Part shown: positions 62,655-64,000 of the stretch, one piece after another | Layout: each line of letters begins with the position of its first letter | Position numbering within the stretch: the stretch's first letter is position 1 | DNA from: a bacterium | Lineage (GTDB): Bacteria; RBG-13-61-14; DATKZS01 | Assembly: GCA_963674965.2 (NCBI GenBank) | Contig: CAXXFL010000003.1 | Location: 1 to 64,000, forward strand | DNA length: 64,000 bases | Direction: 5' to 3' | The notes under the pieces: generated by a model | The model's input: only the letters and a program-made list of their open reading frames with translations | Told to the model about the DNA's origin: nothing | Database searches by the model: none | Made by a program: the position numbers and the translations under genes

Positions 62655-63812
62655 TTACTTGAACTCGATCACGGTCGAGTAAATTACCGTTCCCGTCAAC
62701 TGGCCGGACATCCACACCCTGTCCTTGCCGCCGATGGGGGAGGAATAATTGTACATGAGATACTTGCCCTCACCCATCTCGACCAGCCCGGGGAAGGCCG
62801 TGTCGCCGCGCGACGGGAAATCCAGGACCGGCTCCATCTCGAGTTTTTCCTTGTCCAGCTTGTAAAGGGCGGTCCTCTTTTTCGTCCACCAGTACCGGGC
62901 CATGTAGTACAGGTTCTCCACCGGGTTCCACATCCACCTTTGCTCTTTGTCGTAGGTCCCGTCGATGTTGCGCCTGGCGATGAGGTAGACCTCGTCGTCA
63001 TGGGTGAACATGATGGGGGAGTCGTACTTGTAGGGAGTTATGTTGCATTCCCAATCCGAGTAGTCGGAGGGCTCGGCCTTGCAGACCTTGCCGCCCCAGG
63101 TTTTGCCGTCTCCGCCCTCGTTGCGTATGGCCAGGTAGATGGTTTTGGCCGAGTCCATGGCGAAGGCCGTCTCCGAGCCGCCGGTCATCGACACGGGACG
63201 GTCGGGATTGACGGGCGTGAACTCGTAGCCGTCCTCAGTGGTGAGAAAGTATATGCCGATTCCCGCGCCGCCGCCGGTGTACATTTCATCGCCGCCGCAA
63301 TAGGCCGAGGCGAAAACCTCGCCGCCAAGCTCCTTGGCGCGCCAGAGGACGCAGCCGGGCTTGAAGACCTCCACCGGCTCGGTCCAGTCGCCCGGGCCTT
63401 TTCGCTCCATGGCGAAAACGCGCTTGGGCGAGAAGGCCAGGGCGTTTTTGCCCGCCTGGAAAAAATAGAACATCAGCTTCTCGCCCTTTAGGACCAGGAA
63501 GCGGGGCTCTCGCATGTCCGATCCCAGATAGACCTCGGCCTCGTAGTCCCAGGACTCGCCCTCATCCGCGCTGGACACGACGTAAAGCCGGGTCTTGGTA
63601 CCCGCGAAATGGTTCGGGGCCGTGCGGAAGCCGAAGAAAAGCCGGCCGTCGAAACGGACTATATCCAGGTTGTTGTTCGAGTCCATGCACTGGACCTCGG
63701 GCGGCAGGGCCGGGCCGGGCGCGACCTGGACCAGAGGCGAATAGCTTACGTTCGCTCCCATAAGCGCGGAGGCGAAAAACATAGCGAGTAAAATAGTCAA
63801 ACCGCGTTTCAT
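62655..63812 (-). CDS. Secreted beta-propeller-like hypothetical protein (Asp-box)
   Basis: Signal peptide; SADEGESW, DMREP and GDTAFP segments. Confidence 0.7.
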   Translation of the reverse strand: MKRGLTILLAMFFASALMGANVSYSPLVQVAPGPALPPEVQCMDSNNNLDIVRFDGRLFFGFRTAPNHFAGTKTRLYVVSSADEGESWDYEAEVYLGSDMREPRFLVLKGEKLMFYFFQAGKNALAFSPKRVFAMERKGPGDWTEPVEVFKPGCVLWRAKELGGEVFASAYCGGDEMYTGGGAGIGIYFLTTEDGYEFTPVNPDRPVSMTGGSETAFAMDSAKTIYLAIRNEGGDGKTWGGKVCKAEPSDYSDWECNITPYKYDSPIMFTHDDEVYLIARRNIDGTYDKEQRWMWNPVENLYYMARYWWTKKRTALYKLDKEKLEMEPVLDFPSRGDTAFPGLVEMGEGKYLMYNYSSPIGGKDRVWMSGQLTGTVIYSTVIEFK

Positions 63813-64000
63813 GCGTGACTCCTTTAAGTGGAATGTACCGACGAAATGATATCACAGGTTTCCGCAATTTTTGAAGAGGTCGTCCGGGGGGCCGGCGCGG
63901 GTAAAATTATTGGCCGGGGCTTGATGGGAACGCCCTTCTCCAAATCCTGGTCAGGACCTCGAGGGCGTAGCGGGGCCGTCTGAAAAGAAGGTCGATGAAG

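Overview
GC-rich (roughly 60% by eye) bacterial chromosome segment. Gene content suggests a Deltaproteobacteria-like organism (inference). The housekeeping backbone includes slyD, rnj, gcvH, an mqnA-like gene, ftsY, rpoD-dnaG-rpsU, tonB, a clpX-like gene, an aldehyde dehydrogenase and a gcvR-like gene. Five accessory components interrupt it. (1) A ~7.5 kb IS/repeat hotspot (15.0-22.6 kb) holds four IS elements (ISNCY/IS5-like, IS3-like, IS630, IS110). The IS110 has a readable bridge-RNA-like left end and is inserted into a local repeat whose empty paralog lies ~550 bp away. (2) A surface-protein locus encodes a 2003-aa C-type-lectin/TSP3-like repeat protein, a stand-alone copy of its C-terminal module, and a divergently transcribed secreted repeat protein. 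(3) An internally deleted group IIC intron sits directly after a terminator. (4) Three copies of a ~185-bp TIR-bounded palindromic miniature element are scattered in intergenic regions. (5) A tightly packed 7-gene minus-strand operon of unknown function (PflX-like radical SAM, Ycf46-like AAA ATPase, DUF1257-like protein, TPR protein, DUF2997-like protein, Zn-ribbon/pseudo-signal-peptidase membrane protein, PilT-like ATPase) is the best candidate for an undescribed system. No rRNA, tRNA or CRISPR array was recognised. All family calls are from motif recognition by eye, not database searches.
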